Origin: Paramecium tetraurelia
Lineage: Eukaryota
Reading direction: 5' to 3'
Length of the DNA: 64,000 nt
Assembly (NCBI GenBank): GCA_000165425.1
Contig: CT868207.1
Coordinates: 806,001 to 870,000, forward strand
A program made the position numbers and the translations under genes. Under the pieces are notes generated by a model that was not told where the DNA came from, did no database searches, and was given only the letters and a program-made list of their open reading frames with translations. Numbering within the stretch: the first letter of the stretch is position 1; the number at the start of each line of letters is the position of its first letter. Shown one piece after another: positions 13,056-25,214 of this stretch.

Positions 13056-14082
13056 ATGTCTGATAAGGAAGCAACATTAAATGAAATAGGTAAAAAGGCT
13101 CTTGCAGATACTGAGAAATTGGCCACAGTATAGAGATTTGGACTATTTTCATCACCTGTTCCCCTAGGTTTGGGTGACAATAGTTATGATAATAAACCAA
13201 GACGTTTTACTATTTGTGTTAATGTTTAGCTGCTCGTAATGAATAAGGAAAACCAATCACATCTCCTCCAAACATGAAGGTCACAGCTACTCAATCGGGC
13301 AAAATCAAGTCCTCCTATTTTAGTCAATTAGGCTTTACAACCATAGGTGACAAATATATTGACCCTGAAAGAAAAATTCGGATTCAGGAATTGGAGGAGA
13401 AGAAAAAATATGCTAATGATGATAAAAAGAACTTTGTTCCCCCATCTGGTTACAAAGAACTAGTTGGAGGAGTTTATAATCATGAAGCTGATTATGAAAT
13501 ACCAAAAGGGCCCAATAATCATAAGGGAGGTGATGGCAGAGTCAAGATTGGACCCAAAAATGTCACCACTAATCCTGGTTCAAGTAGTTTGGGCCATTTC
13601 CCAAAACACGAAAAGGATGAATACAATCGTTATAGGCAATTCGAAAGGGAGAAGATCTTTAATGAATAAAAGATGCTCAAAGATAAATAGCCATTCAAAA
13701 GCACCATTTATACAACTGATAATTTCAGCACTGATAAGCAAATCTTTGGTGAAACCAACTTACCTAAAGTAAATTTCATATGGAATTTAGCCAACCTAAG
13801 TCAAAGAGTTTAAACCAAACATCATGAAACATGAGGCTCCTTTTAAACCTTCAAATCCAACTAAAAGTGGTGAGACTGGCTGTTTAAGCAAATATCCTCA
13901 ATATAAGGGAGATCCTCTTAAACCTACTTAAAGAATAGACTTTGTCAAAGGAAAAGATCCCTTCAAGTAAATATCATATTCAGAATAGACCTAATCATTT
14001 AATGGAAATGGTCAGACCTACTCCAAGCATTTCGTGTTTTCCTCATAATCTTAAAAGAGAATTAAACAATAGAATGTTTTGA
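13056..14082 (+). CDS. CFAP96: Cilia- and flagella-associated protein 96 / C4orf47 (DUF4586) homolog
   Basis: RFGLFS..., YFSQLGFTTIGDKYID, FVPPSG, GPKNVTTNPG and PFKPSNP motifs. Three tiny introns. Confidence 0.75.
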
Positions 14083-14123
14083 GGCATTATCAATTAACCA
14101 TATATATATATATATAATATATA

Positions 14124-14964
14124 TCAAGAAGACTCTTTCATTTCATTTATCATTTCAACCATCGACGAAGAAGATATTGATAAATTTTGACTTAATGGTG
14201 TATGAATTTTATAATTTGTTTGTGAATTCTAAAAATACTGATGGATGCCATACCTCCAATTATTCAAAGATTGATTAAATTTATTTCATTGCAGTAGTCA
14301 GAAACGGTTGTTTCGGTGTTCTCAAATCCTATCTCCACAGATCTATTTAATTATTTTTCTCATTGATTATTATCTAGAATTAATTGTTATCAATTGTTAG
14401 TTTTTTTATTTATTGATTCTTGCTATCCAAATCTAATTCAATTTCCCTTACTCTATTTCTATATGCTTCTAATTATAAATTCTGTTGATTTATTTAATGA
14501 TTTAATTAATCAATGATGCTAGTTGCATTATTTTCAATCCCATAAATCCTTTCCAATTCTTATTCGAGGGTAACAATCCTTTGATTTAAGGTTTCCTTCA
14601 ATTACATGTATTTGGATTTCCAATCCTCCTGACTCATATTATTCATTATTATTGATGAACTTCTACCCTTAGGCACTTTTTGATTGCGAGGTGCATTTAC
14701 ATTCTTTTTTTGGACATTTTCGAACAAATTTGGAACTGATCTGTTCTCATTACTATTCACAAAATTCAAGAGTTGATTATCAACTTGATTTGAGTTCTTT
14801 CGAGTTATGTTCTGTTTTGGAGATAATGAGGTACAAGATCTCTAAATTTATGTGCATTTTTCCTTTTTGAAATACTTGCTCAAACCCTTGAGGGATTGCA
14901 TAATCGAGATCGGAATAACATTTGTATTCTAATTAATCTACTACAATTAAACTCTATGTTGCAT
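14124..14964 (-). CDS. Hypothetical coiled-coil protein
   Basis: MQHRVQLQQINQN...EDWKSKYMQLKETLNQRIVTLEQEL... with one 25-nt intron. TGA at 14124-14126. Confidence 0.75.
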
Positions 14965-14984
14965 TCGTTAAATAATTATATAAC

Positions 14985-15444
14985 TCAATTTTAATAATTC
15001 TCTGCATACTCTTTAACATACATTCTCATCTACGCCAATCCATATGACAATCCCATTATACAACAAACTCCCTACACTACCTACTTATATTTCAGTATCT
15101 TCAACATTTAATTACTGATCTCAGTACTTCTGGCATACTTGAAATCTGCTCTCTTTATGCTATCTGCAATATTCAATGCCTCTTTCTCCATTCTCTGGAT
15201 TCCCGATTTCTCCATGTCTTTTACTATCGAATTCACTAAGTAAATTCCCAATAATCCATATGCCGTTGTGCTTAATCCCAAATACAAAAATAGTCTAATC
15301 TTAATTGCATTCTTCTTTTCATTCCCCAATTCATTACTCTTCCATTTTTCCAATAAACTTTTAACTATAAACTCACACTTACACTTTTTCCTACTCGGTC
15401 ATCGGAGCCAAATAATCAGATGGTTATGGGAAGATCTTATTCAT
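14985..15444 (-). CDS. Small membrane protein with two hydrophobic segments
   Basis: MNKIFPQPSDY... with a 25-nt intron, then LFLYLGLSTTAYGLLGIYLV and VVQGVCCIMGLSYGLA. Confidence 0.7.
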
Positions 15445-15469
15445 GTATATATATTTAATTATAAATAAT

Positions 15470-16054
15470 AATGGCAGATCAAAGAAATAGATCACCTGAA
15501 GATCTAATCTATTTTTTTTAATAGAATTACTTACACCAAATGCGTCGAAAAACACACTAAACCATACTATAAGTTGAAATTCAATAATCCAAATTTAACA
15601 AATCCCATTCTACACACATCCCATAACCAATTGCTTCAGCCTAGAATCTATTTGATGCATATATCAAGGAAAGATAATAAAAACGTGAAATCAATCAAAT
15701 ACCAAAACCTTAAAGCAAATCATCCAAATACTTGAATTAGATTCTTATTAACAACCAATCCATTATAAAAAGAAATCGTTTTGCTTCTAGATAACAACAA
15801 CCAGACAAGAGTATTGAATAGATAATCTCACGTAAAAAGAGTGTAAATTTAACAATTTCTGATTCAAATTAAAAAAGAACAATAGGTAGAATTTTATCGT
15901 AAATAGAGAGAAGAGTGATTGGCTGATAAGACCAGGCAAAGTTCATGTAGATCGCAAATAAATCAAATAATTAAGACATGAAACTATATTTAGAGAAACC
16001 TTTAATCGTTTAAATGGATGGTAGATAGATAATGACAATGATACTGAATTCTGA
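15470..16054 (+). CDS. Hypothetical basic protein (3' end uncertain)
   Basis: MADQRNRSPEDLIYFFQQNYLHQMRRK... As written the frame stops at 15924-15926. An alternative frame ends LNGWQIDNDNDTEF* at 16054. Confidence 0.6.
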
Positions 16055-16536
16055 TCTTTATTATATCTTTTTACGATATTTTAATAGAACCCTGTTCTAT
16101 ATAACAAAATTTATGAGAAGTTTCATTAAATTTATAAATATTTTAATCCATAAGTTTATAACAAGTATTTTTAACTTATTTAGAATTTGTGCATAGTTTA
16201 TAAAATATAGGGTATAAATTGTTATCAAATACCATAATTTCAACATTATTTATACTTAAATATCGATTATATAAGGGATAGTCAATTAGAACAATGGTAA
16301 AAGGCCACAAAAATGTCTTTATCAGAAACAGTTATTATTAAAATTATAAATATCAAAAGTTGGAGATTCATATTTTAATCTTTGATGAAAATGCAAAAGG
16401 ATATAAGTTTGTTTTGAATAAAACAATATAAATAGATGATGATTTCTAAATTTGATTTATCCTTAAATAAAGTAGATTCATCAGAAACATAAATTGAATT
16501 GGCTGTAACATTTTTATTTAATATACTATTTATATA

Positions 16537-18068
16537 TCATTATTATTTGGATGCTTTTCTCTTCTTTTTTGGAGCTTCTTATGGTTATTCTACTGGTTCT
16601 TCTTCGACTTCTTCTACAACCTTTTTTGATTTGGCTTTCTTTGACTTCTTGTCTTTTTTGGGTTAATTATTTTTCACTTTCAAAATAAAGTCCTTCTCCT
16701 TTTAATTCTGCCAATACTTCATCCATGATGTCAGTATTTTTGTTCAATTCTCCTCCAGCAGTTAAGAATTTTAATCTTTGTTCCATTTGATCCTTCAACT
16801 TGACTCCAAACTTTTCAGTTGGTTAGATCAAGAAATGATCCAATCTGGAAGCAATAGCACACTTGTTGGCTAGATTTCTATTAAAATTAAATGGGAATTA
16901 AATACCTAGAGATTTTTCCTTTATCAGTTCCATTAGCTCTTCCAATATAAGTACTGTGATATAATAAACCATATTTAGGAGTATTTCCTCTAGTTTTCAA
17001 GGCTCTGAACAATGCTTTTTCTGCTCCCAAGATTTGGATGGTAGAGGCAGGATATTTAGCAAGATTGATCAATGATCCAGCATGAGCTATTAATTTAGCA
17101 GCTACATTTTCACCAATCAAAGCTGTAAGATTTGGTGCAATAGCTATCATTTTGTTCTTCAAATATTCTTGAATATTGTCTCTAAATTCAAATTGATTGA
17201 GAACTCTGATGCATAGATCCTTTAGAGTAGATAAATCAATTTCTGAGATGTCTTAACCCATGGATATCTTGGCTGCTTCCACAATTTGTTTAGCCAATTC
17301 AGCATCAGTTGTGAGTTCTTCAATAGCTTCCAAAGCTTCATCATTGATATTCTTCTTGTCTCCATAGGTATCAACGATTCTGGTGAAGACTCTATTATCT
17401 GTGACAATCTTGGCCAATTCTGGGAAATGCCATGAATACCATTCTTTGATTCTCATACTTAGTGTGTTTAAGTCCTTGTCCATTTATTCAATGATGCTTA
17501 TAGCCTAAGTTACATGTTTGTCTTCTCTGTTGATATCCAACTTCACTTTGTTTCTGGATACTTGATGTGCCAAACCCAACTAAGCTTAAATGTAATCTCT
17601 TTCTTTGAAATCTTCATTTCTCAAGAAATCAACGAAATGAGTTCTGATTCCTCTGAACACTTAGGCTGTTGCTTCGTTCATTTTGCTCTTCAAATTCAAA
17701 TATTATTGGAGTCCTGCAGCCAAACCTTTGTCGGAGATAGCAATTTAGAAACTACAATAAATCAGTGTGATTACTTGCTCTTCTTCCCAACAGCAGGGAG
17801 ATTGGTTGATAAGAAATCGACCAATTCTTAAGTTACGGTACCTGTATGGATTGCTAAAGCATTGTTCAAAGCTATTTCAGCAGAAATAAATGGTTGAAAA
17901 GCCTGAATAAGGAATGATAATTACTTTTAAGTGACATACTTCTGCAAATTAAGCAAAGTCAGAGAATTGTTTTTGAATCTATTTCGATTTGACATTTGTT
18001 TCATCTACACTATCACATTAGAACAAGGCTAAACCAGCAGCTGCCTCAAATAAATAAAATGTGCTCAT
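16537..18068 (-). CDS. NOP56: Nucleolar protein 56, box C/D snoRNP core protein
   Basis: [16 protein letters not shown]...[70 protein letters not shown], and a K/E-rich tail. Confidence 0.93.
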
Positions 18069-18109
18069 AAATTAAATATTTAATTTAATGTCAATCCCTG
18101 AGTAATATT

Positions 18110-18727
18110 TAATTAAAATAAAAAACATACTCATCAATGTCAGTTCTTCAATTTTTTCATATCTGAGATGGGTTCTTCAATTAAAATTTGCTATTCCTTC
18201 AGAATTAATTGTTGGTTATTCTTCTTGTTCCAATCACAAACACATCAATTTTAATACAATCCTATAAATATATTCTTAATCTAACTTTCAATCAGCATCT
18301 AGATCTAAATGAACTCTTTGTTTAGTTAGTTTTCATATAAATGAATGAAAAATGGTTAAATTAAATTACAAAACTTCCTGCATTCCTTTCTCAACCTAAT
18401 TCATTTCTAAATTAGACTTAACCTTGTTATTATAATTGTAATACAACTACTCCAATCAGCATCATCTAGGTCTCCCAATCACCAAAAATAGATTTCATTA
18501 ATTAAAATAGTTCCTATTCCAAAGTTGACATTTTGAAAATAAAAAAAAATGATTGGCGAATACTCAATTCATTTAATAAATTCTTATTATGATCTTAAAA
18601 GCATCATAATCTTTGATGTTGCATATTTTCTATTTGATTTATTATTTAAACTTTATACATCCACAAATATATTTCTTATTTTAACTCTCCTGCACTTATA
18701 TTTACTCAACCAAATTTGATTTTGCAT
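18110..18727 (-). pseudogene. Possible decayed gene between the snoRNA and NOP56
   Basis: ATG at 18727, then coding-like stretches (e.g. VKSNLEMNQVEKGMQEV) broken by several TGAs. No homology recognised. Confidence 0.3.
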
Positions 18728-18747
18728 AAAATCATTAAAAATATATA

Positions 18748-18811
18748 TCAGCATTAGCATGAAAATTTAGCAGCATACTTGTTTCAGAACAGGTCTGTAT
18801 TTTATCATCAT
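18748..18811 (-). ncRNA. Box C/D snoRNA with two 18S rRNA guides (equivalents of yeast Gm1428/snR56 and Am796/snR53)
   Basis: Minus strand reads ATGATGA (C) taaaat ACAGACCTGTT CTGA (D') aacaagt atgctgc (degenerate C') taaat TTTCATGCTAATG CTGA (D). The guides are complementary to conserved 18S AACAGGUCUGU and CAUUAGCAUG. Confidence 0.85.
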
Positions 18812-18869
18812 TGTCATATTAATGACTTAATTAAATACTAATTATATTATAAACATATTTATATTAATT

Positions 18870-19196
18870 ATGGGATTGATCTCAATCATGTTTAATGGCT
18901 ATTACCTTAAATTTTATTGTTTCCTTAATAAATTAACAATCCAATAATTTTATCCATTAAGTTATAATTAATAAATTGTTATTAATTATGGGATTTATAC
19001 ATAATAGATCATACTTAGTATTAATTTAAGATCAAAGTATATTTATAGCATGTTTTTGGTTAATATTATTGCTAGTAATTAATCATTATTGAGTTATGAG
19101 TAATTGATATAACAATAAAAAATCAGTTTGAATTTGGGCATCATATAAGGATAGGAGATTGAAAATCTGATGAATTATATGGGTTGCTTTTCATGA
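18870..19196 (+). CDS. Possible small hypothetical ORF (108 aa)
   Basis: Open code-6 frame MGLISIMFNG...MGCFS*. Very AT-rich, so it may be a chance ORF. Confidence 0.25.
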
Positions 19197-19300
19197 AATA
19201 AATTTGTTAAGAATTATAATTTTTAGGAAATGCATAAGTAATATAAGTTGATTAAAAATTGAGACAAAATTTTGAGGGTTTATTAATATTAAATTTGTAA

Positions 19301-19900
19301 ATGGCATTGATTAACATTACCAACATAGTTTTTGATTCAGACACAGCACTTTTTAATAGTCCAATTCAAATGTAAATCACATTCGAAGTGATGAGATAAT
19401 TAGATGAGGAAATTGAATGGAAGTATTTAAATTAATGAGCCATAGACTTATTTATATAGGATCACCCACAAGTGATAAATATGATCAAGTACTTGAATAG
19501 TTCTCTATGCCTCCTCTGTAATAAGGGACTATGTAATTTACTTTGATGAGTTCTGGTCCAAATTTTGAGCTGATTCCTAGTAAAGATGATTTATTTGGCG
19601 CTAGTGCTATTATCCTCAGTGTTAAGTATAGAAAGCAGGAATTCTTTAGAGTAATGATATTTTGGTCTATAATGTGATTAGGTCGGGTACTACGTATATA
19701 ACACTTACTTGGAACCAGAATTGATCGAAAATGATCCTCCACAAGTGCTCATTGAAAGAGTATATAGATAAATCAACACTTAAGCCCCTAGAGTTACGAG
19801 AATGAATATTGATTGGGAGGGTCAAATGGTCCAATTGTATGTGAATCCTCAATAAAATAATCAATCCTTCATGTTCCGAATAATAACCAATTTTTAATGA
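19301..19900 (+). CDS. ASF1: Histone H3-H4 chaperone ASF1 (tail may extend to 20013)
   Basis: MALINITNI...ITFEV..EIEWKLIYIGSP.SDKYDQVL...YRKQEFFRVGYYVYNTY...PRVTRMNIDW. Two introns. Confidence 0.92.
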
Positions 19901-20060
19901 TATTACTAACAATCTTGGTTATTTATAAGAGCCTGTACCCTGATAAAATACAATAGCAGCATTAATAATAACAATAATATTCTGGAGAGATAAATAATAA
20001 TATAATACACTGATCTTTAGAGTATATTTTGATTTATATAAATATTTAATATTAATAGAA

Positions 20061-21138
20061 TCAATTCTATTAATATTCTAAATAAGGTTAAGCTTGTTTC
20101 TTTGTAATATGTATGTTCTAAACTACATATGAAAGCAACGGGAGATCCTCAGAATTTTGAAAAAACACTATTTGATCACTCTTTTGTAACTCTAATTCTT
20201 ATTTAAAATTCAAAGATATTGAAGATTTGTCGCGAATGATTTTTACTGCATTCTTACCATTCACTATTAAAAACAATGAAAATTTGTCAGAATAATTAAA
20301 TTAATCCTATTATGAAATGATAACTGATTCTTATTCAGATGCTGGTGTTGGAGTCTCTGACAAAGGATTTTATTAAACTTTCTTATTCGGAAAATTAAGC
20401 CTATATCTCATTTACAAAGAGCAATGATTCTGTTTAGACAAACTTTCAATGTTTAGACCAAGAGTACTTTGAAATTAACCAAGTAGAGAAAAATCATTTC
20501 TTTTGAATGTATAAATGTTTTTGTTAGATGATCCAGATTCCTCCATTTCAAATTCATAATTATACTCAGTCTTTAATTGATGAGGGTGATCATCAAATAT
20601 TTTTTTTATTTAAGGAGTTGCTTTAAGTTTTAATTTTAATTATATTTTATAGATTTAATCTAATGATAATAAGTATTATTTACTATTCTTAACCTATTTA
20701 GGTGGAAGAATTATAACTGTTTGCATTATATTCCTTGTATTCTACACTAAAAGATCTATTTTATTTTTCTACTCTTCCAAGGTGTTCAAAGTCTCTAAAA
20801 GTTTCTCATTTATTTATTCTTTCCTCATCTAGTAACATTAAACGCTAAAATTATTAGAATCAAAGATATTACATGCTCTATTAAGAAGGTAAAGAATTCT
20901 TTAACTAACTACTTCGGTCTAATATATCCTTAACTTCCTTTATGAAATTTATATTTTCGTTATCGTTTGTGTTTTCTAGCTAGTGCCAATACTATTCGAA
21001 TGTTCTCAATTTTTCTGTCACTTCGGTAATTAATTAGGCTAATTTATTTTTATTCTATTCAAAATCGGACCTTGCATAATAGAATTGTTTGGCTTCTTGA
21101 AGTCCCCATGATAAAAAAGAAACAAATGATAGATTCAT
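20061..21138 (-). CDS. Hypothetical protein with an N-terminal coiled coil
   Basis: MNLSFVSFLSWGLQEAK... with 28-nt and 24-nt introns giving one continuous frame to TGA at 20061. Confidence 0.7.
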
Positions 21139-21419
21139 AATCTTTTAATTTTTATTTTTTATTTTATTTAATAATCAAAGTAATGCAAACACTTATATCT
21201 TATGGTCTTATTCTATTAATTGTGTGTTAAATCTCTTTGAACACTTAGTTTTGTTTCATTATTACTGAGAACTATTTATCAAGATTGAAATAATTAAAAA
21301 TAAGGCATCATACTTATTTATTTTATGATTTTTTATAATATGAAAATGATATGTTTTTTATTCATTAATAATAAATATTATAATCACTGGAGACGTTAAA
21401 TAAATTTCATAATAATATA

Positions 21420-22553
21420 TCATTTAGGGAAAATTAAACCTGGGTAATTCTTATATTCTCTTAATTTCACTCTGACATCCTTATTGCTAAATCTTATTGC
21501 TTTCAAGATAGGGATTAAGGTTAAGAGTACTGCATCTGACAAATCCCCTTTCCAAGTCTAAATCTGGATTCCATTTTCTGGTTGCAGACTAAAACACTCA
21601 GGAGTATTATCAATGATAATTGTTTTCGACAAAAGTCTTCCTAGCTTTCTGAGGTCTTTTCCATAGAAATCTTTATAAATATTGGTATGTTATCGAAAAA
21701 GAAAATAAGAAAAGTATTGCTTCATAGTAAGCTTATTCAAGATTCTATGTGCATAAGATTCTAGTCCTGCAGTGAATAAAATTAGTTCATATATTCGACT
21801 CATTTACTTTAAGAAAGTTAATAAGAATGGGCGCTAATAAACTTTGTCACCATCATAATAAATCAACGTCTCATCCATATCCAAGACAAGAGTGTAGGCT
21901 TCAAGGTTGATGGGTATGTGATTACCCACTATATTTGGAGTTTGTAAAAGGGGTATAATTTTATTGATAATAATTTTGGAATACACAGCTAGGTTGCTTT
22001 GATGAAGTTTCAATCTAAAATACTCTAACAAGTGAATCCTCAGATGGGAGTCATCGATGTGACTGGAAAATGATAGATAAAAGCATACTATTGTATGAGA
22101 ATTGATGTAATTGAATCTAGAGAGGACTGAAGTTTAAGGAGTTGCTATAAGGGCTCTTCTCTTAGCTTGATAAATTTCATCCACATTTGATGATGCATCA
22201 GAGTGGTCTTGATAAACTTACATTTGTAACCATACAGCAAGGAAACAGTTAAATCATGTTTGATCAGATAGCATAGAATTATTGCTATATACTCTAAATG
22301 AATGTTTGCCTGAATCTCAATTAAATCTATATCATCCTACTTAATCATAGTTAGTTACGGGAATATTAAAAAGTTAAGGGAGGTGATCATTTTTTGGATC
22401 CTTAAAAAAGGACATTAGCAACTATGATCTTTTGTTGAGTTGAAGGATGAAACAGCTATTGTTTCTTTTGATTGTTTCGTGTTGGTCATAGGTATTGGAT
22501 CGATTTATCTTGTTAAGTCGAGGTAATTGATAACTATGTATTCTTTTCCTCAT
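21420..22553 (-). CDS. NIF/FCP1-like (SCP-type) HAD phosphatase
   Basis: [39 protein letters not shown] and PENGIQI.TW motifs. Confidence 0.9.
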
Positions 22554-22608
22554 AAATAATGATTGAATAATTAAAAGTTAATATAAAAATTATAAAAGAA
22601 CATCCTAG

Positions 22609-24042
22609 ATGGCAAAAATTCATTTGGACAATCAATTCAATCAAAGCAGTTCACATTAGGCTGCCATCTTAGAGGAGGATCTCTTTGATGAAGACGAAAT
22701 AGAACAATTTCGACCAAATTCGCTTCCAATGATGTCTGAAGGTTATGGAAGATAATGTGCAGAAAAAAATATAATGATCAAAATCTTAGCTATGGGATTT
22801 GATTAATATTACTCAGAAGAAATATTAAAAAGTATAATTGATGAAGATTTCAAAACCCTTGATGAGAATATGATTTTAAACAAGGTGATCTCAGCAATTT
22901 TGATTCTAAATGTAAATAGCAAACCATATTTTTTATCAGAATTATTAAAATGAGGATTAGACTTAACAGAGAAAACACAGGCAAGAACTAATTGATATGT
23001 TGGGAACAATGAGTCCAAACTTAATGAGTTACTTAGGATATAAGAGTAATAGATAATCACAGTAGCTTCTTACTGTTATTTGTGGAATTTGTATGGAACA
23101 AATAATTGATGACCGTTGCCCAGAAATGGATTGTTGTCACACTTTTTGTTTGTAATAACAAATCTATATCATAGATCTTGTATGAAAGCCTATTTAATAG
23201 ATCGAATTGTGAATGGATAAGTTGATCAAATGATATGTCCATAATCTGATTGTAATTTCTAATTGAGCGACGCTTACATAAGATAGATTGTGGATCCAGA
23301 TATGATGTAAAAATTGAGAAGGTTCAGAAAAATCAAATAGCTGCAACAGGATCCTGATATCATTTGGTGTCCAAGAGTAGGTTGCGAAGAAACACTCAAG
23401 AGGAGTGGTTAAAAAAAATTAAGATGTAAATGCGGTTAATAAATATGTCGTAAGTGTGGGAGAGAAAGACATTAAGGATAGACATGCAATGATCAAATTG
23501 ATAAGGATTTTAAGAAAACTATCAAAAAGTTAAATATCTAAAAATGTTTGAAATGCAAATCTCCAATCTAAAAAAATGATGGGTGCAATCATATGACTTG
23601 CAAAACCTGCAAATATGAATTTTGCTGGCTATGCAGATCCAAATATAGTTATCGTCATTATTCAAATTACAATATTTTTGGATGTCCAGGGATGCAATTT
23701 ACACAAAGAGATCCGTTTAAATATCCAAATTTATACAGATTTATAGCAATTCTATTGATTTTGATATTGGGACCCCCATTGTTTATTGTGGCCTTGGTGT
23801 TGGGATTTATAGTTTTAGTAATTGGATTGCCAGTTATATTCTATATGAACTATGTTCCATATCATCAATTCGAAGAATATAGCTGCTGCAAAAAAACAAC
23901 TATTATTATTGCCTTCATTATAGCCTGTCCCCTGTTATCTCCAATTTGTTTTCTACTAGTCATTTTAGGGATTGTCGTGGCCATAATTGTTGGAATACCC
24001 TATTGCATATATCTATTCATCGATTGGCTAAGATATGGATGA
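22609..24042 (+). CDS. RBR (RING-IBR-RING) E3 ubiquitin ligase with C-terminal TM segments
   Basis: [63 protein letters not shown], followed by two long hydrophobic stretches. Confidence 0.9.
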
Positions 24043-24081
24043 TCACTCAATTTATATATATAATTTAGAATATATTTTATT

Positions 24082-24654
24082 ATGGATTAAAGTAATCTAG
24101 TTTGGCAATGGTTGAATGAACCAAAAGAGTGGAAAAACCAAAATGAAAGGATCACAATAGTGACTGAGCCCAAAACAGATTATTGGTCCAAAACTCATTA
24201 TGGATTTATAAGATATGATGCTCCAACCTATGTTACTAAGGTGAAAGGTGATTTTGTATTCACTTGCAAAGTTAATTCAGCATCAAAAGTCTTATATGAT
24301 CAAGCTGGAATCATTTTGTTTGAAGACAAAGAAAATTGGATTAAAGCATCATCTGAGTACCACGATGAAAACTATTCAACTTTGGGATCAGTGGTAACAA
24401 ATCTTGGATACTCGGATTGGGGTTATCAAAGAGTGTCCTCTCAAGTTAAAGAACTGTACTATAGATTAAAGAGAAAAGGATAAGACTTCAATATAGAATT
24501 CTCTTATGATGGAAAAGAATTCCACGAAATAAGAGTGTGTCATTTACACAAAGAGACTCAAGAGACTTTTGTTGGGATCTATGCTTGCAGTCCTCAGGAG
24601 TCTAGTTTTTAAGCTGAATTCAGCGAATTGAAATTGGAATTTATTCAATAATGA
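24082..24654 (+). CDS. DUF1349 / Ree1-like concanavalin-fold protein
   Basis: WLNEP..W, TEPKTDYWSKTHYGF, YDQAG, ENWIKASSEY, LGSVVTNLGYSDW and VGIYACSP motifs. Intronless. Confidence 0.85.
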
Positions 24655-24747
24655 ATTATTAGTTTAAATTGAATGCATTTCTGGAACACTCTTATACAAT
24701 AATATTTATAAAGAATTATTTCAGAGAATTTATATTAATTTTAATAT

Positions 24748-25171
24748 ATGGACAAATTAGAATTTTCTATTGTTTGGGGAGTGCCATCAAAGGTCATTTA
24801 CTAAGCTATTCTTGATCCATTTGAGATTATGCAATATACAAGAGCACCTGCTATTGTTGAACCAAAGGAAGGAGGACAATATAAAATAATGGAAGGGCGT
24901 ATCGAGGGTGTTTTCAATAAATTAGTATGATAACATTTCTATTTAGGTTGAAAATCAAGAGATCTAAATGACTTGGAAATTCAACAATTGGAAATAACAC
25001 TCAAATGTCACACTCAGATTGATAGAAAGGGAAGATAGTTGTGAATTGAAAATCACCTAAACCAATTTCCCTAATGATGTTGATAAGATCAAGTTGGAAG
25101 ACGGATGGAAAAATTAAATATTCGTTCCCATGAGCAAGATTAGAGGTTATCCTATCGAAGATGATGATTGA
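24748..25171 (+). CDS. Stand-alone AHSA1 C-terminal (START/SRPBCC) domain protein
   Basis: IYQAILDP..IMQYTRAPA..EPKEGGQYKIMEGRIEG.F..LVENQEIQMTWKFNNW...GWKNQIF. One intron. Confidence 0.8.
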
Positions 25172-25214
25172 TTATTTTGTTAATGCTGTTCAAGTCATCT
25201 ATTTAATTATAATT

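Noticed and set aside
16055..16536. TGATGA motifs downstream of NOP56 as further snoRNAs
   Set aside because: No suitably spaced CTGA box with a recognisable rRNA complement.
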